Below, one piece after another: positions 37,873-51,240 of a stretch of 64,000 nt of DNA. The stretch is from Tubulanus polymorphus. Lineage: Eukaryota > Animalia > Nemertea. Every line of letters begins with the position of its first letter. Positions within the stretch are counted from its first letter, which is position 1. A program made the translations under genes and the position numbers. Below the pieces are notes generated by a model, which saw only the letters and a list, made by a program, of their open reading frames with translations, made no database searches and was not told where the DNA came from. The stretch covers positions 13,710,655-13,774,654 of the forward strand of contig NC_134033.1 of assembly GCF_964204645.1 (NCBI RefSeq), in the 5' to 3' direction.

Positions 37873-39446
37873 TAATATAAATCAATCGCTATATAAAAAA
37901 AGAAGTTGCAGTTCTTTCTGCGGTCAGCAATTCCTATGATTGACATCGCGTCGATAATTCGGTAACTAACAGACAAATTGACCGACTCGATTGAAATCGA
38001 TCGAATAAAGATTGATGCGTTATACACACGATTGAAGACGGGCAGTCTACAGTCTGTGATATAGCGGCACAAGGGATATGCCTACGTATACTAGTGCGTA
38101 TTCATCAATGCATTGCTAACATAGGGTAGAAAAATCGGTGCTCTTTATTAAGCCTGAATGAAAATGAAATCCATTGGAATAAATGCTTTCAATCTCAGTG
38201 TATGCTCTATGTCTGAAGAGGGGTAACGTTACTCCCGAAAACGTTTGCTACAATAAGTTTATTTTACTCTTTAAAAAATGATCTTTGTAATGTTTTTCTT
38301 ATTACGGAATTTCAACTATTTGAACTGTACCTGCAAGATTCAGAAAAAAAATCATTCAAATAGTCTCTACTCTTGGTAGTTTGGTTCGGCTGTGTCAAGA
38401 GAAAGACCAACAATGAAGGACCGTGGACAGAAATTCATGATTCTCATTTTTCACGAAAATACAGAATTAAAGCATAACGTTTGGTGCTCCCTTATCAACC
38501 TTTCGTTCTTATTTTCTGAGTATTTCGGCGACTTGCTCATAGTATATCCTGCCAGATATTCTCATTCAATGAACACATGCAGCGTGTTTATTTCCCGTCC
38601 ATAACTCAAATATTCATAAGAAAATATTTCCGAATGAAATCGGATTTGATTTTGTACCGTTGCGCCAATATTTTCGAGGGATGGAGAATCAATTTTTGTA
38701 ACGCCCTTGTTTTTAGTTACGAGCGCAAGTCTGCGATCTTTACACCGACTCACACTGAGCGTGGCGCGCGCGTGACGGGAGAAAGACGTTCGTTTCGCTA
38801 TCAGTGTACACCGCTGTTTCCACCCACTAATGAGTTACAGAGAATCTTGTGTTTCGCTCCAGTGGTTTCGGCTTCAAACTGCTCTGTGATAACTTGACAT
38901 TAATTAGGCGAAGGATCTATCTTAGTATATCCGCGCGCGACAAAAGAGGATATATAATACTTCGCTACTTCGATGGGGAAAAGAGTCACACATTTTACTA
39001 GTTTTGATAGTCGTAACGTAATTGATATTCTATCATTTAGAATCCCTCCAGAGCCGAACACCTGCGGAAGATGGGTTTTAAGTTAAGAAAAACGCGTATC
39101 GCGTGGAGCTTGTTATGGTATATGACATTTTGATGTTCGAGGAATCCGTTTATTAAGCCTACAGCTCACAAGTCGAATATAGAAAACTCGGGCCTTTGAT
39201 TTCGTGGTTTATAATTTATCAGATGAGATGGCGGTGCGAAGCTCGCGTGTGCTTCGCGTGCGTGGCGATCTTAAGAAATAGAATAATTGCTGATAATTAC
39301 AGCACAGGAACTTGAATTCAAATCCGTCTCTCTATGCTCATACATTTACGTATACGAAATGTTAAATGAGCGGCGGTAATCCTGAAAATATTCAACGCAT
39401 CTTTATCGCTGTTTAAAAGCGCTTCGTTTCAACTTCCATCCGAACT

Positions 39447-42400
39447 ATGTCGACCACAAGTGGTCGTCTGGACTTCAAACCGGAAGTAACGACCGTTAAC
39501 GAGAAAACGTCGCCGGGTTATATCAACTGGACTTTTAGCGATTTCGAGTTTGAGAAACAGCAATTAGCGGCCCCGGCGTTCGTGTCAATATTCGGGGTGT
39601 TTATCGCACTAGTACTGGTCGGGAATTGTACCGTTGTGATGTTGGTTATCGTCGAACGTAAACTACACAGACCAACCAATTACTACATAACGTCCTTATG
39701 CGTATCAGGTAAGTTTTAAAGACGGCTAATGTAAATCATGGACGCATAAACTACGAATAAACTCTAGTTTATACGTCCAATTGTGATTAAACTAACATAT
39801 CGAATGTCGTGGGGAAGAAGTTTTTAGAACGGTCTGATTCGGGAAATCGAACGATTGATTGTGTGGATTTGAACGGATACACGCAGTCGCAGTCAAACAC
39901 CGCTTCACCTAAGAGAATTCTAAGGCCTTGTCTAACTGTGCAATTGTCACTGAGCATACTCTCAAATATGATTCTTTTTAAAGCACTGAACTTGTAAGGG
40001 TTCTATTTCATTAAAATCTCGAATGTCTTTTCAATTTGTTGTAGCGTTTGGAAGTCGTTTCTTCGTGTAAATTTTGGCAACGCTGACCCCAAAAATAAGT
40101 CAAAAGTATAAGCAATTAGGGACATTTATTGTTAGGAAAATATAAACTTTTCTTGATAAAACATAACAAGGTAATATTTACAATATACACAACTATTGGA
40201 GGAATGTATGTACATGTACATTAAACGAATTAGAGTGAGTGATTTTAGTAACAACACCTTGCGACCCAAAACATATCATGTAAGTAAGGTCATCTGGTGG
40301 GACTCGGTGGGAGGATTACTGATTGTATCAGAAATACTCAGCGAAAATGTCAGGCATCGAAAAAAGGCATACCGATAGAGAAGAGATTGAGACACCAGCC
40401 TGTTGTTACCTGAATCAGAACCAGTAGTGAATGGGCATATTGAGCGCGTTAGTTGCAATTAGCCAGTTCGTTAATCACTTTTTCATTCGAAAGGCCTGCC
40501 GTCGTGCGAGCTATAAATCATCTAATTGATCGCCTAGGAAAACAACGTTTTCTTTTGGTAGGTTTTTGCCAGTAATTAATCACGGGCATAGTAAAAGTGC
40601 GCTTTATGTCTTCCTACTCGCCTCCCATTAAGGTCGTTCCTATCACACGCAAATGATTCAAGGAAAAAAGTGATTCATATTGGAAAAAGATAGATCACTT
40701 CTGCTGGGCTTCGCAGTTCACTTCTACTGGGATTCGAAACTAAAATTACTAATTTCATTGTTTCTCCGCCTTTCAATTCAATTGTTAATGGAATTCGAGC
40801 CTAAATCGTCTTTAATGATTGGCCGGTTGTTTTGATACCATTCACGGACGTATGCGTCCATGTTTTAATTAATTGTCATTCCATTGGGCCTCGAACCTAC
40901 TGCTTCTTTCGCCAACGTATCGGGGAATCTTTTTCAGAAGTAAATGTTTTTCCCATTCCTGATTACATTTCCACACCGTTGGGATATACGAACCTAAAGG
41001 ATTTACACTCTCTTGATATCCACCAGGAAACGGAATAAAGCCGAAATAGACCGATATCATTCCTCACGGACGGGGCCTTTTATTCGGGAAGAATAATTGC
41101 TATATTTTTCGCATTCACTGCAACATCCGGGATGTTGTAATACAAAAAAACGTCTTCTCTAGAACGGCTAAAAGCTTTTAATTAAGCTGGGATTTGATCA
41201 GAGCGCGACAAAAATGCACGATGCTTTCATCATCGTCAAGTTCGCTTTTTGTCCGAGCTGTTAGTAATTTATCTAATTAAATTAGACAAATTCGTATAAA
41301 TCGAAATCGACAGGAACGCTCTTCAGCGTTTTTGCTACCAAAGCGTCTTCGGATAAGGTTCTCCAAGAGAACGCAAAAGTAATTTATTAATTGACAAAAT
41401 GACGAAAGATTAATGAGAATCAGATAATCCTTTTATACCCAATTAATACGAACGAAAAGGGCCACTCGGTAAGGCTTACTCGGGAAATGTAGGATCCACT
41501 TGGTGCGCTAGTGTGAATGAAGTCAGTCTTCCATTTGATCGTACATGCAACGTTACTGTGGCGAGTGAGGGTCCGCTTGGGGCGACACGCGCATATCGTA
41601 TTGTTAACTAATGTATTTATTTCAAAGTAATTATGATACTTGTATGACAATCTTTCATTGATTTTACAGTTGGTGTTTTACCTCAAAATATACATACATA
41701 TCCTTTACATTTAAGTAACCCTAAGAAGCAATTTTTGTCCCTTAAACATCTGTCGAAGAAATTTTCCAATACGCTTTAAGAGATTGTTGGATGTTGTGTT
41801 CATCAAATCTATGAATTTATAAATGCTCGGATTGTGCCAATAGAATTGGGGAATAAAATTGCTTCTTGGGGTGTTATAGTGTCTTATTCTTTTCTATACT
41901 TTATTTCATTTACAATCATATATGTAAATACTCTTTTCCTTTGTCGCAATGGTCGAAATAGATAGATCTATTATTTTCTATTCTCAATAAGATACTAACC
42001 CGCTAACTACGTTGTATATGCATAAAACAGTCTTTGCTCTAATAGTTTTCATCACCTACACCAATGAACCTTGTTAAACCTCCGTATACTTTATTTACGA
42101 ATCAGGAGAATAAAGCTAGATCATATTCTCGCACCGGATTATGCTATCAGATGAGAGACCTGATACGCTACTGCGAGTTGTCACCAGCAGCTTTGTTGGT
42201 AAGAGCATTAAATCTGTGAGGATTGCTTGGCGTCGTTTTTGACAGTATTAGAAATGGAAAGCCGGACGACAGGGTGGCGGTATTACGGCTAAAACGTTGT
42301 ATATTTCGACATACCTCAAACGACCTTGACATGATATGACCTTGACCGTCTGTCGCGCATCAGTCATCGGAATTGATGTTGTTTTTTTTTTCTCAATCTC

Positions 42401-45400
42401 ACTGTATGCTCTCCCAATTGATCGATAAAACCAATATCCATACATGGAATATTGATTTTATGTCGCGTCGGTTTTTAAAAGTAGCGGTTTTTTAGCTTTT
42501 ATTCAAATCGATCAAATTTAAAAAAAAAACACCAATCGCGCAGTGCGTCCGTTTGATATTACGTGCTTTTATTATCGACTTCAAAGTAAGAGAACGGGTT
42601 TTCGAAATGAATATCGGCGACTAATGTCTGATTAAATGCATTGCAAACGCCTCAAATGCGAACATGGTGTTTCAAATAATATTTCATAAAGGCTTACCGT
42701 GCCTATATCAAAGTGTGCTTTTCCCTTGATCTTTGCATCATATTTCGATTTAAGGATTCAACTATTAGTCGCAAATTTAGAAAAAATTTAAGAGTACTTC
42801 ATCAGTATATCAGCCGTATCAAAATATACGTACATCTACGTAGCTACAAAATTTTCTTTTTTAACACCCTCAACCCACTTAGCGCCACGCAGGGCATGTT
42901 AGTCGAAACTGGACAATGGGCCAGACCGAATATACCATATAATAATCTCATAAACTGTATTGTTTCTGTTTATTAGAGCACTAGAAACAAGCAGCGAGTT
43001 GCGTTTTAAAACGTCTTTTAAATTGATTTATGAAATTCGCGCGCACGTGAAAACTTGTAAGAGCGAAGCCAATATATTACTCGAGTTGATTAGATTGATA
43101 CTCTGGAAATAGGACGCTGTTATTATATATGATAAGGTTTCTGTTATTCGTTGGTCAGATACTGTGTCGGATAATCTGTTACAGTCGTATGGAAACTAAA
43201 AATTATATCAATTTTTCTTTTGTATTTTCTCTTTTCTTCTTCTTTTTTTTCTCTTGTGAGGGACCCGTTTTCTATAAACTATTTCTTAGTGTTCTACAGA
43301 CCCCTCCAAGTCTAATTTACTGTTTTTTGTATTGTTATATTGTACACTATGCTGTAGATTATATTTGAAAAATAAAGTGTTCATTTATTCATTCATTCAT
43401 TCATTCATTCATTCATTCATTCATTCATCAAAACATTACTCGCAACGGTGTAGGGCTCAATTTGACGCGGGTTTGATACGGACCAAATCGTCTTCATGTG
43501 ATCGCGGCTTTAATTATTAGACTCATTGAGCTCAAAATCAGCGCATTTCCTGTGTCCCTCGAGGTAAATTTTACCGGTAATGTAACTATTTATGAAGTGC
43601 CTTCCGTTTGGTAATTACTATTATCAAAAAACACGGCTTCGCGCTGATTTTACCGGGTATTGACTGTTCTGTAACGCGTGACGATTTCTTTAAATACATA
43701 TATATATCCCCGGATAATGAAAAGAAAGTAAAGTGAAACTATGAATATGAAAGTCGACTCCTCCGCAGTCGTAAATTGCCAGGGGTGTGTGTGTTTACGG
43801 ATAGCGTCGAATCGATTTTTATTAATCCTCGCCGTTTACTCAAATACAAGTTGCGCAGCGGTTGAAACAACATCATTTTCTGCGCGTCATCTTCCAACAA
43901 GTCGGTGTTCGATAATTTATTGGCAGACGATGAAATCGGTCCGACTTTCGCAATAATATTTCCGTTCGACTTCGCTCGAGTGGGCTGGAAGAGTCCAGAT
44001 GGTAATAAAACAGAAAGGGAGGGGGCGAAACGAGCAAGGGCGAACTGAGAATACCGGTGCCCGGCGTACAATCATTATATTATTTTCTATATTTCCTATA
44101 AGCGATTGGCTAATGAACTCGACGTACTCGGGCGCCTTCATTGGCTTTGCATTTTTGTGAAAAAAAGACGGTCAATTTCGATTAAGTAAACACCGATACA
44201 GACAAAATGTGATTTTATCAACAGATCGACCCGAAAAAGGCGATCAACCGATAGCGACCCGTTTATGAACAAACTGTAACCAAAACGGTTATTTGGGAAC
44301 AAAACTAGCCGGAAAAGGGCAGGGAACGAAAATATTCATTTTATGAACGCGATAAATCGAAACGCCGTGGGCGAACATTGACATTTTTACGAACAAAACT
44401 ACCTCGAAAAATCAAAGATATCGACTGAAAATCTACGAGAGTTAGGCTAATGCATAGTGCATATACTGTATATGTGAGAGATGTCTGATTGCACACGTGA
44501 CGGAAGAGACACGTCACACCGCCAAGCTTTACTTTCCGGATGATAACGGTCACGTAAACAGTGGTTTATTTGAACTAATTATCGCCGGTGACGAGAAGAC
44601 GACGTAAGCTAAGCAGCAGGTTGATTTGATAATTAAGACAAGTACTCGTACTCTAGTTAAGGGTCTACGTATGTACCATATACAAACACGTTGTTTCGGG
44701 GCTGATGCGGTAGAAAGACAACTACCTCCATTACGTCACCTATTACACCATGCTGAGCGATTCCCTTCGATTCTATATTATTTCAGAAGACATCAGCCCC
44801 AACATATGAAAAACTGTGGCCAATTTTTGCCACACGATTAAAAATTCATGGTACTCAACTTTGAAGTTCGTTATTCCTAAAAATTCAAACATTTCAGGAA
44901 CTATCGATTTGACATGTATAAAACTGGTATAATACTTCCGAAATTGTAAGTGGATATGTTGCTTTATTTTAGCGATAGAATTTTGATGGGCAATTATATT
45001 ATCGGTGAAGTATCAATTCAGGCGCCTGAGGTTGAAGCCATTTTAACGAAAGTCTGTGTCGAAGTGTCGAAAGTCGTGTCTCGAGGAGCGATTTTGTTCC
45101 CAATAGTTCGAAGAAGGCAAAATCCATCTCCGCTAGAAAAGAGCGTTTAGGGCTTAGTCTCACATGGAGATGTTATTGACGCAGACAGCTCGCAATGTTC
45201 CATCCACTTCAAAGGCACTTTCCTGGTAATTGTAGTCTTTGTAAATTACGTTAAGAAAATTACTCATAATCAACTACACCAATGGGACAATTTTGTGTAG
45301 ATATTCATGTCATAAAATAGTAGTATCAAACGATAAATACCCGTCGATTACCATACTAATACTGATACAAGGGATGTTACAAATACACAATGTGACTGTA

Positions 45401-48400
45401 CTGCTACTGGAACCAAACAGTTACATCGATTTCCAAAGAAATAAAGAAACTGGAAAATAAACTCGATGACATTTCAGATTTATACAAATCGAATATTGAC
45501 AATGCGTGACTGAAAGTTAATATAGTCATTTTTAGTTGCAACTTTACAACTAAGCGTATCATCTTAGGCACTTAAATTATCATCCCTCGAGCTTGCTTGT
45601 AAAAGGTCACATTTGCCAGATATAGTATCATTGAGATATGAACGTGTTCTGAAAATTGGTGAAAATGTTGGCAGCGATAAAATTTTGCGCATGCGGAAAT
45701 GTTTAGATACGTTGAAAAATTCATATATTCATCTCCGGGATTTGAACCTTGGGTGGAGACTAGTGGGAGTCGAACATTGAATATAGCCGCAAGGCAGCGA
45801 TCACGGGGTTATTGCAGCCCATAGGTCAGGTAAATATACATCGCGCAGCTTTCATTTCGGCTTTTATGTATGATGTTGAAATTACTTCGTCATCTTATCG
45901 AATATAGGACCAAATAATGTGCTAAGACAATTCTCTCTTAATTTCGTAAACCTCCAATTCTGAGTCAACTCCTCCGACTCAAAAGCTTTGTAGTCGAGGA
46001 GCCTAGATTAAGTCTATCGTTTGAAATACCACCGACTAGTCTACGACGATTTAACGATAGCGTTATCAAGGAATAACAATAAATATCTGCGAATGGTTTC
46101 CTCTGGTTCATTATAAGTTCAGTAAATGTATCTCGTTTTGTGTAAGGACGACTTACGCTTGCCATTTAATGGTTCTAGATATGCAGATACGTAAGCACAT
46201 TCTGCCCGCTGGCTGAGTCTATGTTTGCTAATAGTTATAGATATGTTTATGGTTATAAGTTCAATCGATTCCAATGTTTGTTATTGCCTATTGATTAGAG
46301 CTCAGGGTATAACCAAATATATATCACGTACAACGGATACGCAGGTTAAATGCAACACTCTAGGATGAAACTCGGAAAAAGTTTGTTTTAATTTCCAGAA
46401 TCTGTACGATTCAGCTAAGGAGCTTCAGATTTCAATCTTCACATTTTCCAGCGCCGGAGTTACAGAGAACAACAGGAACGCTAGATCTTCATCATGCACC
46501 CACTCGGCTTAGACTTTAATGACCTTTTAGATATTAATTTGCAGCGCTCATCGTGTGGGAAGCGGACGAACCATTACTTTTGATGTCAGCCCCGATTGTA
46601 TAGGTTGCGCGTGACGGCGCATTAGGACGTCGCGGAAGTTGTCTTCCCGTTATTTTCTACAAACTTCGCTGTTGAGCAATTTGGAGAACTCGGAGTACAC
46701 GAGAGTTCAGTTTCCGATATGCAGTAGACTACAAACACAGAGTGAACTAACAACGCGTACATATTAAGTATTATCGTGAGGATTAGCGTTAGGACGAGAG
46801 TGATCGATCACCTACAATCTAGACGTTAAAATGGTGGCCAACATTACGCGAAGCGGTCATTTCTAGGCCGCTTTAACCAGTCGCCAATATATTCAAGGAG
46901 TGTCCGAAATCCATTAGAAGTATTGAATAAATAGGAGAGAAATCCAATGGTGCACGCAATGATAATTGTTGTGCTGATAATGGCGGTTGCTAAGACTGCT
47001 GATTGAATGGGTATTTTTGCATCTTCATAATGTATCATTGCGTTGCATCGAAGGATCAGTTGACGATTTTCGGTCGATATTAAAGACCCGTTCATTCTCC
47101 CCAGACCAGATCCACGCTCAAGACTGTCCACAAATTATGGGTCACGTGTTTTGATATGATACGTGTTTAGATTTTATTAGAACCACTCATAATCAGTTTC
47201 GATAAGTTTTTCTTGTGTGGCGCCGATCTATGGTTTGTCGACGTCTTTATACTGAATTATATTCTTGGGGTAGTTCTAGTACGCGAATTTTCTTTTTCGA
47301 ATAGTATATAGCGAAATACAGAGTCGTCGGAACGGGGGCGGCACTTTTTTGCTAAACAAACATTTTGTTATGCTTTTTCAAAAGCACGCTGTACCGCGTA
47401 GCAGCTCGTCGTTCTCTGTACTAGGTGGTTGGCTCACGACTTCTCGTGGTTTTGTGAATGAGACCGTGAAATGGCCCCAAAACGCATCTCCAGCGATTGA
47501 ATTTTCAAATTTTTTTCCATAAGCCATTTTTCAAATAAGCCTCGCCACTGAAAATTCCCTTCCAACGGCTCTGAAATAGTATTCAGAATTCCCGCCACGT
47601 TCGCTCTTTTTCTTCGTGGACGAAATTCGTCAGGATACAGAGTATCTAATTTGCCTGAAAAAAATTCCCGCCTTAATGATCGCAATGACGAGGCCGGAAC
47701 GACGATTGACGCTTTCCGGAAGTGTCTAAAATGCATACACGCTATACGATCTTCAGAGTCGTTTGTGTAGGTTTCTCTACCGCTCACTGTACGGAACTGT
47801 AACAGGCGATTTTATTTTCATCGTAAAACTTAAATCAACGGATGTAAAAAACCATTAGGTCGACTATTTTGTACAGGATGTCGTCGTCATTGTTCTCGGT
47901 ATTAGACGATCCTTGATAAACGGTGCATATACGAAGTATGCAAACTAATTGACCAAACGACCAATGAGGTACCTGCACTCACCAGATGGCGCACCAATAG
48001 ACTCTGGTTGAAAATGAGTTAATTTTTGAACTGGGATTTTCTTTGCTCCCGAATCCAAAAATATCTTATGTATCAAACGAGCCAACGAATCGATATTAGA
48101 TTGGCTTTCCCACGTACTGTATGGTGAATATTCCACTTAAGATTGATTTACTAATGAGGAAAGTCTGTAGATGAAATGGAAATACTTAAACTGAGTAACC
48201 ACAAGAGAATCTAGCGGTACTTTACACGGGGTCCTCGCTAGCCACAGATAGCGATGGTGGTGCCGTTTTGGATCAAATACGATGTACATATAATCTTATG
48301 TCATATTCAAATCACCCAAACCCAAGAATAGAATTAGATTCCATGCCAACTCCACTACCGGTCAAAATTTCAACACTCGGACCAAAACGACAAGTCAACA

Positions 48401-49704
48401 CGATTCAACTCCATCAAATCTCCACCAGTCAACTCGCTAAACCGTTTACTAATCACAGTTTACTTAACTTTAGCTGTTTACAGTAAAGTGCTTTGGTTAT
48501 AGTTTAAGCCTTGGAGTAATCAGAGTGATTACTCCACGTTTACATATATATGTTATACAGTAAAATGAATACTGGTAGTCTATTCCGACTGAATAATATT
48601 CCTTTTCTATCATAGTCTGTGGTTTTAAGGAAATTCGTTCGGGGAATATATCCATTTCCCAATTTTTAAAGCCGCTATCTGGTAACCAACTCGGTTATCA
48701 TGAATTCCTCTTTGTTAAGTTCTATCACGTTATTCAATATTAGAGGGGTTGAACAAAGGAACCTGTACGCGGGTACTTTTACTTGTAGCTATAAATCGCC
48801 TCGTTCTTTTCCATTAAATACATGTTCGCTATAAATCACTAACAACGTCTTCAACGTATTTTACAGATATTCTGGTGGCTGTATTCGCGTTACCGATGGA
48901 AATCATGGCTCACTACGACGAACGTTTCATGACGTCACATCTGTGCAAGACGCTCCAGTTTTTCGTGCACGTGTCTCTAACTGCGAATATATACGGCGTC
49001 GTGGTGATCGCTGTCGATCGCTACCGCAGCATTTTACATCCATTTTCGACCTTCCAGTCGACGAAATACTGTCTGATTTGTATATCTTTCGTTTGGACTC
49101 TGTCTTCGGTGAGCGCGTGGCGAGGCGCTGCTATATACGACGTTAAGGTACACTTGTATAGGGATCGCAAAGGTGGCTGGACGGTCGTTCACGCATGCGG
49201 AATACCCAAATATTTCAACGCCTGGAATCGCGGACTGATAATCTACGATTTCCTGTCGACCTATGTCGTTCCGTTGTTCGTTTTGTTGGCGCTGTACGCG
49301 CGAATATTTCGACGAATTTACGACAAAAACGTGAATTTTCTTACCGAACAAAAACGCGTCCGAAACGCGCGCGTTGTTCGAATGTTGGTCGCCATTGTCG
49401 TTCTATTCGCCTGTTGTCAACTTCCGTTACACGTATGGAAGTTATACGTGCACCTTGGACCGGGTCCGTTCCTCGACTATCTGATCTGGTATGACGTGTT
49501 TGACGTCATTTCCTTTACGAACAGCTGGCTGAACGTGGCCGCTTACGTCGGTTTTAATGACAATTTCAAACGCGAATTCAGGGCGAGACTACCGTGCTCA
49601 AGGTCACCGCGCTCGCACATGTCGACGGTTTCGACTGTGAAGGCGAATGCGATCGTTCCAACTTCAGCTGCACTGCAGTCTCGTATAGAGGATCGCAGTA
49701 TCCA

Positions 49705-49736
<32 letters not shown>

Positions 49737-49840
49737 TGCCCCCGAGGTCACCTTCTAATAGAGCCCCGGAATCGTCAGATATACGTGTAGTTGGCAATGG
49801 ATGTGTTTTGGATGATAGTCGACCGGGGACTGACCTATAA
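39447..49840 (+). CDS. Class A (rhodopsin-like) GPCR, neuropeptide-receptor-like orphan, 2 coding exons, ~411 aa
   Basis: Exon 39447-39708 (TM1 GN; KLHRPTNYYITSLCVS|G-gtaagt) splices in phase 1 across a 9.2-kb intron to 48867-49840 (DILVAVFALP...LCK...AVDRYRSI...FVW...YVVPL...RVVRMLV..VVLFACCQLP...NSWLNVAAY..NDNFKREF). It has 7 TM segments and a polyQ in the C-tail. Confidence 0.95.
43379..43426. repeat. (ATTC)n microsatellite
   Basis: About 11 ATTC units; a second array lies at ~55995-56024. Confidence 0.9.
49703..49735 (+). repeat. Coding (CAG)n repeat giving polyQ (11 Q) in GPCR C-tail
   Basis: cag caa (cag)9 in frame. Confidence 0.9.
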
Positions 49841-51240
49841 TGCACTTTTTACTGTTAGTCCTTACGTTTCAAGGAAGTAAGAACAATTTCACTTGTTTTA
49901 AGTGTTTCCCGTATTCATTCTGTTAACTGGAATACCACCAATCACAGATCATTTTATCAGTTCATATAAATCAATTCAATTTTTCCAAGTTCTCTTCGGT
50001 CAATTGAAATAGGCTACTTCCAAGCACCAGTGTTCAATTTTTTTATCATTTGACTAACTGTTCCTTATGTATGATAGCATAGTGGCCCAATAATCTACAT
50101 CGGTACAACGTGTCTGGTCGCTATAGTTTTTAACACTTGTTTATGTACGAAATTATGTTGTTTTGATATTATTTGTTATGTTATGTTTTCAATATTTCCA
50201 CGGAGAAGTTTTCTCGTAAAGATATGTTTCCTCTTGTTATTTCCAATAAATGATCACACTTGTCGTTAATGATATGTAGTATTTCTTTTCCTTTTTGTCT
50301 CACAGTCGTCTTTTTGCACGTCTATGCCGTAGCAAAAAAACCGGTGCCTCCTTAAGAATCAAATGCGGCTGCGTGAAACGGAGGTTAAGAAATCTTCGCT
50401 GACATTTGTGTCATCAACAAAGTCCCATTTGAAGAGTAAGGACCACAAAATTGGTGCGACATGGATTGTTAGCGAGGTCGTGAACTTCTCCATTTACGCG
50501 ACGAGGTTTCTCATCGATCCGCCATACTACTGCGCGCCAGTATTGAGCTATCAGCACACAGTACTGCAGTATTCACTCACTGACGATACACAGGTCGGTA
50601 TTATATACTACGGGTACACTGTGTAAAGGTCTAGTCGACAAAATAGCTGCTGTATATATCTCTATGGTGAGTATTTAGACTATTGTTCAATGTTTGATGA
50701 CTTAAATCGATTTGAATCTGTCGTTGTCAATGTTTTGGAAGCTGGGTGGGTACGCATTAGCATTTCCTATGTACATCTGACAAAAGGCCCATGCGCACGA
50801 CATTGCGAATCACTATGTTCGTAGTAGAAATAGTGCCTACGTTTAGATGTTGTTGGCATTGACTAAAAACCTTAATCACGAAGCCAAGTCTTTTGTACGA
50901 TCAGGGAGGTGGCCTGGATTCACTTGTGTCATATTGTCAGTCAAATGACTCTGGCAGTGAAGACTTTTTACTTAGTCGTGGCGGACATATCTATGCGCTG
51001 TGAAGTCACGTGAATAAGTATACTTCCGGTGACCATTCATTCAGTATTTTGAGTGTTTAATTCACCTTAATCAAATTGGAATTTTATTCGTTACAGATTG
51101 CCTCGCGTTCATGCTTTATATCGGAGACAACAATCTCCTGCACCGAAAACATGACCATGAGATTCGCTATTCCTGTTTGAGACTGGAAAATGATCATCAT
51201 GATTAAAAGATAACCGTCGTTTCGTTAACAATTTGAAAAC

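Noticed and set aside
2953-45980. Partial matches to conserved miRNAs (miR-183-like ~2953, miR-184-like ~4745, miR-190-like ~10299, let-7-like ~15136, miR-1175-like ~45961)
   Set aside because: Only short partial identities (about 8-13 nt), with no complete mature sequence or convincing precursor hairpin.
47434-47787. 117-aa ORF in the GPCR intron
   Set aside because: No domain; it overlaps repeat-like sequence related to the MITE interior at ~24130-24170.
49034-49845. Poly-Cys and other overlapping ORFs
   Set aside because: Antisense or alternate-frame shadows of the GPCR exon and its CAG repeat.
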